DNA of 32,000 bases from Pseudodesulfovibrio mercurii. GTDB taxonomy: Bacteria > Desulfobacterota > Desulfovibrionia > Desulfovibrionales > Desulfovibrionaceae. The notes beneath the pieces are model-generated. The model searched no databases. It saw nothing but the letters and a program-made list of their open reading frames with translations, and was not told where the DNA came from. Location of the stretch: contig NC_016803.1 in the NCBI RefSeq assembly GCF_000189295.2, positions 720,001-752,000 of the forward strand, read 5' to 3'. A program made the translations under genes and the position numbers. Below are positions 1 to 8,116 of the stretch, in pieces (position 1 is the first letter of the stretch; each line of letters starts with the position of its first letter).

Positions 1-467
1 TCCTCAAGCACTACGCCGAACTGAGCGGCCTGGCCTTCCGCGAGATCATCACCAAGGACGACTTCGCCCTGCTCCGCGACGAGGCCCGGCAATTCGACAT
101 GATCCTCATCGACCTGCCCGGCCTGTCCGGGAGGACCACCCTGGAGGAATGGTCGCGCCTCTACGGCCTGCACGAATGCCCGGACCTGTCCATTCACCTG
201 GTCCTGAATCCCTACTACAGCAAGGGCCAGTTCGAGCGTTTCGTGGACAAATACAAAAGTGAACAACTAGCCAGCGTTATCTGGACGAAACTCGATGAAG
301 CCTGTACATTCGGGGCAATATTGAACATGGCTTTCGCCGGCGGACTGCCGGTCTCGGCCCTGTCCTACGGCCCCGGCCTGAAGAACAGCATCAGCCCGGC
401 CACGGAAGAGATGATCTGGCGACTCATGTTCATGCGCAGGCTGCCCGACGGCACAACCCAACCCTAA
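1..467 (+). CDS. flhF: Flagellar biosynthesis GTPase FlhF, C-terminal part (5' end outside the window)
   Basis: The frame is open from the window edge (LKHYAELSGLAFREIITKDDF...DMILIDLPG...WTKLDEACTFG) to TAA at 465-467. It has SRP-type GTPase C-terminal motifs and is followed by flhG and fliA, as in flagellar loci. Confidence 0.85.
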   Translation, partial: LKHYAELSGLAFREIITKDDFALLRDEARQFDMILIDLPGLSGRTTLEEWSRLYGLHECPDLSIHLVLNPYYSKGQFERFVDKYKSEQLASVIWTKLDEACTFGAILNMAFAGGLPVSALSYGPGLKNSISPATEEMIWRLMFMRRLPDGTTQP

Positions 468-484
468 GGAGCGCGTCACCCGTC

Positions 485-1312
485 ATGAGCTCGAATCTTC
501 CCCTGGTCCTCTCCGTCACTTCCGGCAAGGGAGGGGTCGGCAAGACCAACATGTCGGTCAACCTGGCCTATTCCCTCAGCGCCGCGGGCAAGAACGTGGT
601 CCTGCTCGACGCGGACCTGGGGCTGGCCAACGTGGACGTCATTCTCGGGGTCACGCCCAAACACAATCTCTTCCACCTGTTCCACGAGGACATGACCCTG
701 GACAAGATCCTCTTCGACACCCCCTACGGCTTCCGCATCCTCCCGGCCTCGTCGGGCGTGAGCGACATGGTCAACCTGGACAAGGGCCAGAAGCTCGAAC
801 TCCTGGATGCCATGGACTCCCTGGAGGACAACGTGGACTACCTCATCGTGGACACGGGCGCGGGCATCAACGACAACGTGCTCTACTTCAACCTGGCCGT
901 GCAGGAACGACTGCTGATCATCACCCCGGAGCCCACTTCCCTGACCGACGCCTACGCCCTGATAAAGGTCCTCAAGCTGCACCACGGGGTGGAGAAGTTC
1001 CGCGTGCTGGTGAACATGGTCAAGGACGTGAACATGGCCCGCGAGGTCTACCTCAAGCTCCTGAACGCCTGCGACCACTTCCTGGACGGCATCTCGCTGG
1101 ACCTGGTCGGCTTCGTGCCCTACGACCAGAACGTGCGCAACGCGGTCATCGCCCAGACCCCGTTCTGCCACAAATTTCCCAAGACCCCGGCCAGCGTCGC
1201 TGTCCGGCAGACGGCCCAGAAGGTCAAAAACTGGCAGGTAACCCCCAACACCGATGACAATATTAAATTCTTCTGGAAAAAGCTCCTCTTCCAGGAACGA
1301 TCCGTGGCTTGA
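485..1312 (+). CDS. flhG: MinD/ParA-type ATPase FlhG (FleN/YlxH), regulator of flagellar number
   Basis: Deviant Walker A motif SGKGGVGKTN and LLDADLGLANVD. It lies between flhF and fliA, and an AAGGAG RBS sits about 12 nt upstream. Confidence 0.9.
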   Translation: MSSNLPLVLSVTSGKGGVGKTNMSVNLAYSLSAAGKNVVLLDADLGLANVDVILGVTPKHNLFHLFHEDMTLDKILFDTPYGFRILPASSGVSDMVNLDKGQKLELLDAMDSLEDNVDYLIVDTGAGINDNVLYFNLAVQERLLIITPEPTSLTDAYALIKVLKLHHGVEKFRVLVNMVKDVNMAREVYLKLLNACDHFLDGISLDLVGFVPYDQNVRNAVIAQTPFCHKFPKTPASVAVRQTAQKVKNWQVTPNTDDNIKFFWKKLLFQERSVA

Positions 1313-2039
1313 GCTGGAACAGGGCGTCAGGCATTGGGACGATTTTTCGCCGAGGGACCGGGAAAACATCGTCCGCTACTACGCGCCCAAAATCCGGATC
1401 CTGGCGCTGCGGCTCAAGGCCAAGCTGCCCCAGAGCGTGGAGCTCAACGAGCTCATCAGCGCGGGCAGCCTCGGTCTTCTCGATGCCTTGGGAAAGTTCA
1501 ACCCGGAGCTGGGGATCAAGTTCGACACCTACTCGGAGAACCGCATCAAGGGGGCCATGCTCGACGAGCTGCGGCGCATGGACTGGTTCTCCCGGGGGCT
1601 CCGGCAGAAGGTCAAGGTGCTCGAGGACTCCATGCGCCAGATCGAGCACGAGACCGGCTCCCCGGCCACCACGGAACAGCTCTGCGCCCACACCGGCATG
1701 TCGGACCGGGAGGTCCAGCAGGGACTCGAAGCCCTGAACAACCAGGTCTGCCTCAGCCTGGACTCCTTCCAGGAGAACCTCGTCGGCCAGAAAAAAATGA
1801 CCGACAACGAACCGTTCCAGTCGGCCGCCTTCCAGGAGATTGTTGACAAAGTAGCCAATCTCATTGAAGAATTGACGCCAAGAGAAAAATTGGTCATATC
1901 TCTGTATTACGGAGAGGAGCTGAACATGAAGGAGACTGCGGAGGTTATGGACATAACCGAGGGCCGCGTCTCGCAACTCCACTCCCAAGCATTGAATAAA
2001 TTGAGAAAAACGTTCAGAGCTCGTTACGAAAACGAGTAG
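1254..2039 (+). CDS. fliA: Flagellar sigma factor FliA (sigma-28)
   Basis: Sigma-70 region 2 (LISAGSLGLLDALGKFNP..FDTYSENRIKGAMLDELRRMDW) and region 4 HTH (LNMKETAEVMDITEGRVSQLHSQAL). The ATG at 1254 overlaps flhG by 59 nt, so the true start may be further downstream. Confidence 0.9.
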   Translation: MTILNSSGKSSSSRNDPWLELEQGVRHWDDFSPRDRENIVRYYAPKIRILALRLKAKLPQSVELNELISAGSLGLLDALGKFNPELGIKFDTYSENRIKGAMLDELRRMDWFSRGLRQKVKVLEDSMRQIEHETGSPATTEQLCAHTGMSDREVQQGLEALNNQVCLSLDSFQENLVGQKKMTDNEPFQSAAFQEIVDKVANLIEELTPREKLVISLYYGEELNMKETAEVMDITEGRVSQLHSQALNKLRKTFRARYENE

Positions 2040-2062
2040 CATCCACGTAAAGGAGACTTTCG

Positions 2063-2443
2063 ATGGCTTACAACACCAACATGCGCGTCCTGGTTGTAGA
2101 CGATTTCTCCACCATGCGTAAAATCATCAAGAACATCCTGCGCCAGCTGGGTTTCAACAACATCGTCGAGGCCGATGACGGCTCCACCGCCTGGGAAGTG
2201 CTCAACAAGGACAACATCGACTTCATCGTCTCCGACTGGAACATGCCGACCATGTCCGGCATCGAACTGCTCCGCAAGGTGCGCGCCAGCGAGGAGTACT
2301 CGGACATCCCCTTCCTGATGGTCACGGCCGAGGCTCAGCAGGAGAACATCATCGAGGCCGTGCAGGCCAAGGTGTCCAACTACATCGTCAAGCCGTTCAC
2401 CCCCGAAACCCTGGGCCAGAAGATCGAAAAAATCTTCGGCTAG
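2063..2443 (+). CDS. cheY: Chemotaxis response regulator CheY (single receiver domain)
   Basis: The 126-aa product has VVDDFSTMR, the phosphoacceptor context FIVSDWNMP, and VTAE...KPF. An AAAGGAG RBS precedes it. Confidence 0.9.
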   Translation: MAYNTNMRVLVVDDFSTMRKIIKNILRQLGFNNIVEADDGSTAWEVLNKDNIDFIVSDWNMPTMSGIELLRKVRASEEYSDIPFLMVTAEAQQENIIEAVQAKVSNYIVKPFTPETLGQKIEKIFG

Positions 2444-2470
2444 GCGACCTCTGCCCGATAGGCGTGTGCC

Positions 2471-3169
2471 ATGGTCCTGCTCGTCCCGGATGATGCCGAT
2501 GATGTAACCGACGCTCCCGCGCAGCGGAAAGCGGAGTTGGACGATGCCGCGGCGAGCCGGGCCACCCAGAAGGTCGATCTCGACCTCGACGACGCCCCGT
2601 TCCTCGAAGACGAGGACGAGGACGAGGAGATCGAGGAAGTCCCGGTCGAGACCCCGCTCCTGACCGAGGACGGCGGCAAGCCCAGGCTCGGGCTGGTCGC
2701 CCTGCTCAAGAACAAGTTCGTGCTCATGGGACTGGGCGTCATCCTGGTCCTGCTGGCCGTCATCGTCATCCTCCTGCTGCGCGAACCCGAAACGCCGCCT
2801 CCGCCCCCGCCGCCCGTCGAGGAGACGGCCATCCCGCAACCGGAACCCGAGGCCCCGGAGACGCCGCAGATCATCGTCAAGCTCGACCCGTTCCTCATCG
2901 AGCAAGTGGACGAGGCGGGCAAGATACGCTTCCTCGAGGTCAGCATCCTCCTGTCCACCGAGGACGAGGGACTGGCCCGGCAGTTCAAGCAGGAGACGTA
3001 TGCCGTGCGCAACGCCCTGTACTACTATCTCAAGAATAAGGATCTCGAATTTCTGTCCGATAAGGAAAACAGCGAGAAACTGAAAAAGGAACTGCTGGTC
3101 ATCATCAACCAGTACATGGGGTTCGGCCAGTTCGACACGCTGATGTTCGAACAATATCTTGTGAGGTGA
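2471..3169 (+). CDS. fliL: FliL-family flagellar basal-body-associated protein with a long acidic/Pro-rich N-terminal extension
   Basis: A single TM helix (FVLMGLGVILVLLAVIVILLL) is followed by the FliL-type pattern KLDPFLIEQVDEAGKIRFLEVSILLST...LKKELLVIINQY. Confidence 0.75.
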   Translation: MVLLVPDDADDVTDAPAQRKAELDDAAASRATQKVDLDLDDAPFLEDEDEDEEIEEVPVETPLLTEDGGKPRLGLVALLKNKFVLMGLGVILVLLAVIVILLLREPETPPPPPPPVEETAIPQPEPEAPETPQIIVKLDPFLIEQVDEAGKIRFLEVSILLSTEDEGLARQFKQETYAVRNALYYYLKNKDLEFLSDKENSEKLKKELLVIINQYMGFGQFDTLMFEQYLVR

Positions 3170-3172
3170 TCC

Positions 3173-3499
3173 ATGAGCACCACGCCGTTGGACCTGCCCA
3201 TACTCATTTCCCAGCTGCCCTTCGTGCAGAAGATCGCCCATGCGGAAAAGGCCACGCCCGAGATCAACCAGCAACTCTTCGGCCCGCTGATCCAGGAACA
3301 GCTCCGCAAGCGCGAGGGCACGGTCCAACAGGTCCAGAAGAACGCCGCCACCGATCCCGTGGACCGCGACGGCCACAACGACCGGCAGCAGGAGGCCGCC
3401 CCGGAACGCCGGGGACGCGAACCAGAAGAGGAGGACCCGGACACCGGGGCCTCGGACGGCTCACCCTGGTCCGGCAACATCGTCAACGTCAAGATATGA
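3173..3499 (+). CDS. Hypothetical protein (108 aa) in the flagellar operon
   Basis: A GAGGTGA RBS sits upstream and the start lies 3 nt after the fliL stop. GC3-rich codon usage supports coding. I recognise no family; the C-terminal half is charged and looks disordered. Confidence 0.5.
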   Translation: MSTTPLDLPILISQLPFVQKIAHAEKATPEINQQLFGPLIQEQLRKREGTVQQVQKNAATDPVDRDGHNDRQQEAAPERRGREPEEEDPDTGASDGSPWSGNIVNVKI

Positions 3500-3522
3500 C
3501 CCCTTGAGGGGGCAACCCAGCC

Positions 3523-3930
3523 ATGTCCAACCTGCTCATCATCCTGTTCACCCTCAGCGAGGTCGTCCTGCTCGGCGTGGTCATCGTCTTCTTCCTCCGC
3601 CTGCGCAAGTCCGAGACCCTGCTCTCCGGCCTGCACGCCAAGCAGGAGGAGTTCATCAAACGGTTACAGTTCAACACCCAGCTGGAAAACGAACTGGTGG
3701 CCACCTTCGAACAGCGCCAGCAGGAGCTGGTCGCCCTGAACACCCAGCTCGAAAACAAGGCCGCCGAACTCAGAAAGCTGGTCAAGCTCGCCAACGAATA
3801 CGCCAAGTCCCCGCAATTCATGCGTGAAATCATTATCCAGGGGCACCGCTCCGGCAAGACCGCGATGCAGCTCGCCAAGTCCACCGGCCTCGGGCTGGAG
3901 GAAGTCGAACTGATCATCGACCAGGCCTAG
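3523..3930 (+). CDS. Membrane-anchored coiled-coil protein with a C-terminal HTH-like tail (possibly DUF2802-like)
   Basis: N-terminal TM helix (LLIILFTLSEVVLLGVVIVFFL), a coiled-coil region, and the tail GHRSGKTAMQLAKSTGLGLEEVELII. A GAGGGGG RBS precedes it. Confidence 0.55.
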   Translation: MSNLLIILFTLSEVVLLGVVIVFFLRLRKSETLLSGLHAKQEEFIKRLQFNTQLENELVATFEQRQQELVALNTQLENKAAELRKLVKLANEYAKSPQFMREIIIQGHRSGKTAMQLAKSTGLGLEEVELIIDQA

Positions 3931-3938
3931 GTGTCGCC

Positions 3939-4766
3939 GTGCGCATCTCGGGTTCAGGCTCCGGCGGCTCGTCCTTCGGCGGCAGCCGGTCCGACCGGTT
4001 CCGCAACCGTCACCGGCCCGGCCAGAAGGTCCGGGGCGTGTTGCTCAAGAATCTCCCGGACGCAATGGCCTGGGTGGACATCGACGGTGAACGGCTCCTG
4101 GCCCAGCTTGAAACCGTTCACCCCGAGGGCAGTCGCCTGCTCTTCCTTATCCAGCAGCTCGCGCCGCGCATCGTGCTCAAGGAACTGTCCGGCGGCGCTC
4201 CCCACGGCCAAACCGCCACCACCCTGTCCCGCATCGGCGACTTCGACTCCGCCCGCACCCTGTTCGAAAACCGCTTCCGGACCGCGCTCCGCCAGGCCGA
4301 CCGCTTCGGCCGTCCCCTGCCCCTGCCCGATTTCCTGGCCCTGCTGGCCGCCACACCGCCGCTCCACGCCGCCTACCAGGACGCGGCCAACTGCGCCGAC
4401 GCCCTGTCCGCGATCCTGCACACCTCGGCCAGGGTCACCCTCGCCTACCAGCCCTGGCTCGCGCCCGCCGCCCTGCGCCAGACGACCATCGTGCGCACCG
4501 CCGACACCGGGACCGGCCTGACCGAAACCGTGGTCGAATTCGACCATCCGCGCATGGGCCTGACCCGCGTCCAGTTCCTCCACAAGGCCGACGCCCTGTC
4601 CTGCCGCGTGCAACTGCAACACCCCGAACACGCCGACACCCTGGCCCGCTACCTCGATACCCGCAAACACCCCCAGGCCCCGTTCCAAATCCAACTCCTC
4701 GGCGTGACCAAACTCCCCCGCACCCAACACAGCGGCCTCCTCGCCGAATTGCTGTTGAAGAAGTAA
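3939..4766 (+). CDS. Hypothetical protein, weakly FliK/hook-length-control-like at the C-terminus
   Basis: GTG start 8 nt after the previous stop, with GC3-rich codons. The Gly/Ser-rich N-terminus and the segment FDHPRMGLTRVQFLHKADALSCRVQLQHPEHADTLARYL resemble a Flg_hook-type pattern. The functional call is tentative. Confidence 0.5.
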   Translation: MRISGSGSGGSSFGGSRSDRFRNRHRPGQKVRGVLLKNLPDAMAWVDIDGERLLAQLETVHPEGSRLLFLIQQLAPRIVLKELSGGAPHGQTATTLSRIGDFDSARTLFENRFRTALRQADRFGRPLPLPDFLALLAATPPLHAAYQDAANCADALSAILHTSARVTLAYQPWLAPAALRQTTIVRTADTGTGLTETVVEFDHPRMGLTRVQFLHKADALSCRVQLQHPEHADTLARYLDTRKHPQAPFQIQLLGVTKLPRTQHSGLLAELLLKK

Positions 4767-4942
4767 GACGCCCCCGGCCCCCCATCCCCATCCTTTTCCA
4801 AAGCTTTTTACCGCCGCTGAGCGGTGTGGGGCGCAGGGAGGCGTGTTCTTGTACTAAGTGGATAGGACATTGAACCAGAACGAGGCACGAAAAGTGCTTC
4901 CGCACGGTTACCGCGAAGCGGCGCCAAAAAGTTTTGGAGAGT

Positions 4943-4994
4943 CCAGAGAACCTTTTTCAAAAGTTTCTCTGGCGGGTCCAGGGCAGCGCCCTGG
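4943..4994. repeat. Two adjacent palindromic hairpin units in a convergent intergenic region (REP/MITE-like)
   Basis: CCAGAGAAcCTTTT-tc-AAAAGtTTCTCTGG spans 4943-4972 and has one mismatch. CCAGGGC-agc-GCCCTGG spans 4978-4994 and is perfect. Confidence 0.35.
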
Positions 4995-5023
4995 CCGCCG
5001 GAGGCGCCCGGCCGGCGAGGCCC

Positions 5024-5054
5024 AAAAAAAAGCCCGCCGGGTGGCGGGCTTTTG
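5024..5054. terminator. Bidirectional rho-independent terminator between the flagellar operon and lpxC
   Basis: An 8-bp GC stem, AGCCCGCC (5031-5038) with GGCGGGCT (5043-5050). It is flanked by A8 upstream and TTTT downstream, so on the - strand it reads as stem plus T8. Confidence 0.75.
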
Positions 5055-5075
5055 CGTGATGCGTGATTGGATCGC

Positions 5076-5993
5076 CTAAGCGACGGCCGGGGCAGGGCGG
5101 AGCTGTTCGCGGGCCGGGGCCTTTTCCATGGCGGGGACGGATTCGACCTTTTCCTCAAGGTAGAGGTCGCGGTTCTCGTCCAGGTGCCGCAGGAAGGCGT
5201 TGTTCAGGGCGTGTCCCGAGGCGAAGACCTCGAAGTGACCCTGGAGCCGCGCGCCGAAGGTGGCGATGTCGCCGACGAAGTCGAGCATCTTGTGGCGCAC
5301 GAACTCGTCGTCGAAGCGCAGTCCCTCGGCATTGAGGATGTTGTACTCGTCCAGGACGACCGCGTTGTCCAGGGACCCGCCCAGGGCCAGGCCGTTGGCG
5401 TGCAGGTAATCGACTTCCTTCAGGAAACCGAAGGTACGCGCCTTGGCGAGATGCTGGGCGAAGTTCTCGGGCGTGATCTCCAGGGACATGTGCTGGCGGC
5501 CGATGAGCGGATGCGCGAACTCGATGGTGTAGTCCAGGCGCAGGCCGTCGTACGGGCGGGCCTTGATGTACTTGCCGTCCTGTTCGAACTCCATGGCCTT
5601 CTTGACGGCCATGACCTTGCGGGGCTTGTTCAGCTTGCGCACGCCCGCCTGCTTGAGCAGGTAGACGAAGGAGGCGGCGCTGCCGTCCATGATGGGCACT
5701 TCCTTGCCCGAGACCTCGATGTGGATGTTGTCGATGCCCATGCCGTTGATGGTGGCGAGCAGGTGTTCGACGGTGGCCACGGTCTCGCGGCCGTCCCCCA
5801 GCACCGTGGCCAGGCTGGTCTCCACGACCAGGGACGGGGCGGGGGTCAGGAACGTGGAACCGGACCCGTTCCGCAGGGAGAACAGGATGCCGGTATCTTC
5901 CGCTGCGGGCCGAAGGACCATTTCCACCTGCTTGCCGCTGTGGAGTCCGATTCCGGTGCAACGTACTGATCTATGTATAGTCGTCTGAGACAT
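5076..5993 (-). CDS. lpxC: UDP-3-O-acyl-N-acetylglucosamine deacetylase LpxC
   Basis: The 305-aa product has TGIGLHSGK..., TVEHLLATINGMGIDN, GSAASFV and HKMLDFVGD. A GGAGGAATA RBS precedes the ATG. Confidence 0.95.
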   Translation of the reverse strand: MSQTTIHRSVRCTGIGLHSGKQVEMVLRPAAEDTGILFSLRNGSGSTFLTPAPSLVVETSLATVLGDGRETVATVEHLLATINGMGIDNIHIEVSGKEVPIMDGSAASFVYLLKQAGVRKLNKPRKVMAVKKAMEFEQDGKYIKARPYDGLRLDYTIEFAHPLIGRQHMSLEITPENFAQHLAKARTFGFLKEVDYLHANGLALGGSLDNAVVLDEYNILNAEGLRFDDEFVRHKMLDFVGDIATFGARLQGHFEVFASGHALNNAFLRHLDENRDLYLEEKVESVPAMEKAPAREQLRPAPAVA

Positions 5994-6174
5994 TATTCCT
6001 CCGGTTGATTAACCGATCATCCATAAGCAAGAACAATGCCATAAAGACGAAAAGCTATAACTACACGTTTTGTATTGATTTTTAGTCAAGCAAACGATCC
6101 AAACACGTGTTGCATTCAAGCAACTCTTTGTTTTTTTACCACAAGGTACGGCTGAAGGTGTTGCATTTGTACGA

Positions 6175-7026
6175 TTAGTTTCGCCGCGCACAGACCACGC
6201 GATCCAGCCCGGCGAGGTCCTTTCGCACCCCAACCGCTTCGAATGATGGATATTCGCCAGCAAGGATATTCATTACCGCGCACCCCTGTTCCCAGCCGAT
6301 TTCCATGAACATCCAGCCGCCAGGCCGGAGCATGTCGGCCACGCGGGGGAGCATGGCCCGGATGTGGTCCAGGCCGTCCGGGCCGCTGACCAGCGCGCCG
6401 GTGGGCTCGAAGCCGGTGACCTCTCGGCTGGCCGCCTCGAATTCGGCCTCGGTGACGTACGGCGGGTTGGAGACGACCAGGTCGTACGGTCCTTCCGGGG
6501 TTTGGCTAGTGAAATCCGCCTGAAGAAAGTCCAGCCGGTCCGCCACGTTGTGGGTCCGGGCATTGGCGCGGGCCACATCCAGGGCATCAGGGCTGATGTC
6601 CACGGCCACGCCCCTGGCCTGGGGAAAGAGCACGGCGATGGTCACGGCCAGGATGCCGGAGCCGGTGCCGAGGTCGGCGAAACGGAAGGGCTGGTCCTTG
6701 GAAAAGCGCTCCTCCACGGCCTCGACGATGTGTTCGGTCTCGGGCCGGGGGATGAGCACGGCGGGCGAGACCGCGAAGTCGAGGCCGTAGAACTCCCGGT
6801 TGCCCAGGATGTAGGCCACGGGTTCGCCCGCCTCGCGGCGCGCGACCAGGGTTTCCACGGCGGCCAGTTCCTCGTCGGTCAGGACCCTGCCCCGGTCCAG
6901 GTTCAAGGCCGGGCGCGAGCAGCCCAGGGCGTGGGCGGCCAGGAGTTCGGCGCTCAAACGAGGCGAGTCCACGCCGGACAGGCGGGACTCGCACCGTTTC
7001 AGCACGTCCTGAATATTGCGGGGCAC
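6175..7026 (-). CDS. prmC: Release-factor glutamine N5-methyltransferase PrmC (HemK)
   Basis: SAM motif DLGTGSGILAV and catalytic motif VSNPPYV. It lies directly downstream of prfA. Confidence 0.93.
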   Translation of the reverse strand: MPRNIQDVLKRCESRLSGVDSPRLSAELLAAHALGCSRPALNLDRGRVLTDEELAAVETLVARREAGEPVAYILGNREFYGLDFAVSPAVLIPRPETEHIVEAVEERFSKDQPFRFADLGTGSGILAVTIAVLFPQARGVAVDISPDALDVARANARTHNVADRLDFLQADFTSQTPEGPYDLVVSNPPYVTEAEFEAASREVTGFEPTGALVSGPDGLDHIRAMLPRVADMLRPGGWMFMEIGWEQGCAVMNILAGEYPSFEAVGVRKDLAGLDRVVCARRN

Positions 7027-7045
7027 AGGGGCTCCTCGGGGGCGG

Positions 7046-8113
7046 CTAGTCGCCCTGCCGCTTGAGGGCTTCGGCCTGGAAGTAGCTGATCAGGGCGTCG
7101 GTCAGATCCTGCAATTCACCCTCCATGATCTGGGGAAGCTGGTGCAGGGTCAGGTTGATGCGGTGATCGGACACGCGGCCCTGGGGATAGTTGTAGGTGC
7201 GGATGCGCTCGGACCGGTCGCCGGAGCCCACCTGGCTGCGACGGTTGGCCTCCTGCTCCGCCTTGGCCTTGTCCTGCTCGATCTGGAGCAGACGGGAGCG
7301 CAGGACCTTGAGGGCCTTGGCCTTGTTCTTGTGCTGGGACTTCTCGTCCTGGCAGATGACGATCATGCCCGAGGGGATGTGGGTCACGCGGATGGCCGAG
7401 TCCGTGGTGTTGACCGACTGGCCGCCGGGACCCGAGGAGCGGAACACGTCCACGCGCAGGTCCTCGGGGCGGAGATCGATATCCACCTCCTCGGCCTCGG
7501 GCATGATGGCCACGGTCACGGCCGAGGTGTGGATGCGGCCCTGGGACTCGGTGGCCGGGACGCGTTGCACGCGGTGGGTGCCGGACTCGTACTTGAGCTT
7601 GCTGTAGACCTTGTCGCCGGAGATGGAGGCGATGACTTCCTTGTAACCGCCGGAACCGGTGTGGTTGGCGCTCATCTCCTCGACCTTCCAGTGGTTGATC
7701 TCGGCGTAGCGGGTGTACATGCGGTACAGGTCGGCCGCGAACAGGGCCGCCTCGTCGCCGCCGGTACCGGCGCGGATTTCGAGGATGATGTTCTTCTCAT
7801 CCATGGGGTCCTTGGGCAGGAGCAGGACCTTGAGCTGTTCCTCGATCTCGGGCAGTTCGCCCTCGAGGTCGTCGATCTCGGCCTTGGCCATCTCCCGGAT
7901 CTCCGGGTCGGCGTCGTTGAGCATCTCGCGGTTGTCGTCCAGCTCCTGGGAAAGCTGCTTGTACCGACGGAAGGCCTCGACCACCTCGCTCAGGTCGGCA
8001 TGGGCCTTGGAGACCTTCTTGTACCGTTCCTGATCGTTGAAAATATCGGGCTCGGCCAGTTCCTGCTCCAAAAGGACGTATTTTTCCTCAATCTCTTCAA
8101 GCTTGCCAAACAT
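7046..8113 (-). CDS. prfA: Peptide chain release factor 1
   Basis: GGQ motif ([25 protein letters not shown]) and an RF1-type length of 355 aa. There is no in-frame stop or frameshift. Confidence 0.97.
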   Translation of the reverse strand: MFGKLEEIEEKYVLLEQELAEPDIFNDQERYKKVSKAHADLSEVVEAFRRYKQLSQELDDNREMLNDADPEIREMAKAEIDDLEGELPEIEEQLKVLLLPKDPMDEKNIILEIRAGTGGDEAALFAADLYRMYTRYAEINHWKVEEMSANHTGSGGYKEVIASISGDKVYSKLKYESGTHRVQRVPATESQGRIHTSAVTVAIMPEAEEVDIDLRPEDLRVDVFRSSGPGGQSVNTTDSAIRVTHIPSGMIVICQDEKSQHKNKAKALKVLRSRLLQIEQDKAKAEQEANRRSQVGSGDRSERIRTYNYPQGRVSDHRINLTLHQLPQIMEGELQDLTDALISYFQAEALKRQGD

Positions 8114-8116
8114 GGT

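Noticed and set aside
2425-2460. Possible FliA (sigma-28) promoter before the fliL-like gene (GCCCGATAG as the -10).
   Set aside because: There is no TAAA-type -35 at the correct distance and only a partial -10 match. I cannot tell it from chance by eye.
4858-5079. A 73-aa ORF in the flagellar/lpxC intergenic region, and an 84-aa ORF at 6009-6263 (-).
   Set aside because: Neither has an RBS, their composition is atypical, and they overlap hairpin/terminator or AT-rich promoter sequence. They are probably non-coding.
6148-6166. Sigma-54-like GG...TTGCA element (ggctgaaggtgTTGCAt) upstream of lpxC.
   Set aside because: The GG-to-GC spacing is off by one from the -24/-12 consensus. The element is on the + strand and points into the 3' end of the - strand prmC gene, so it has no sensible target.
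7046-8113. Programmed frameshift in the release factor gene.
   Set aside because: The gene is prfA (RF1) with one uninterrupted frame. The +1 frameshift site is a feature of prfB, not prfA.
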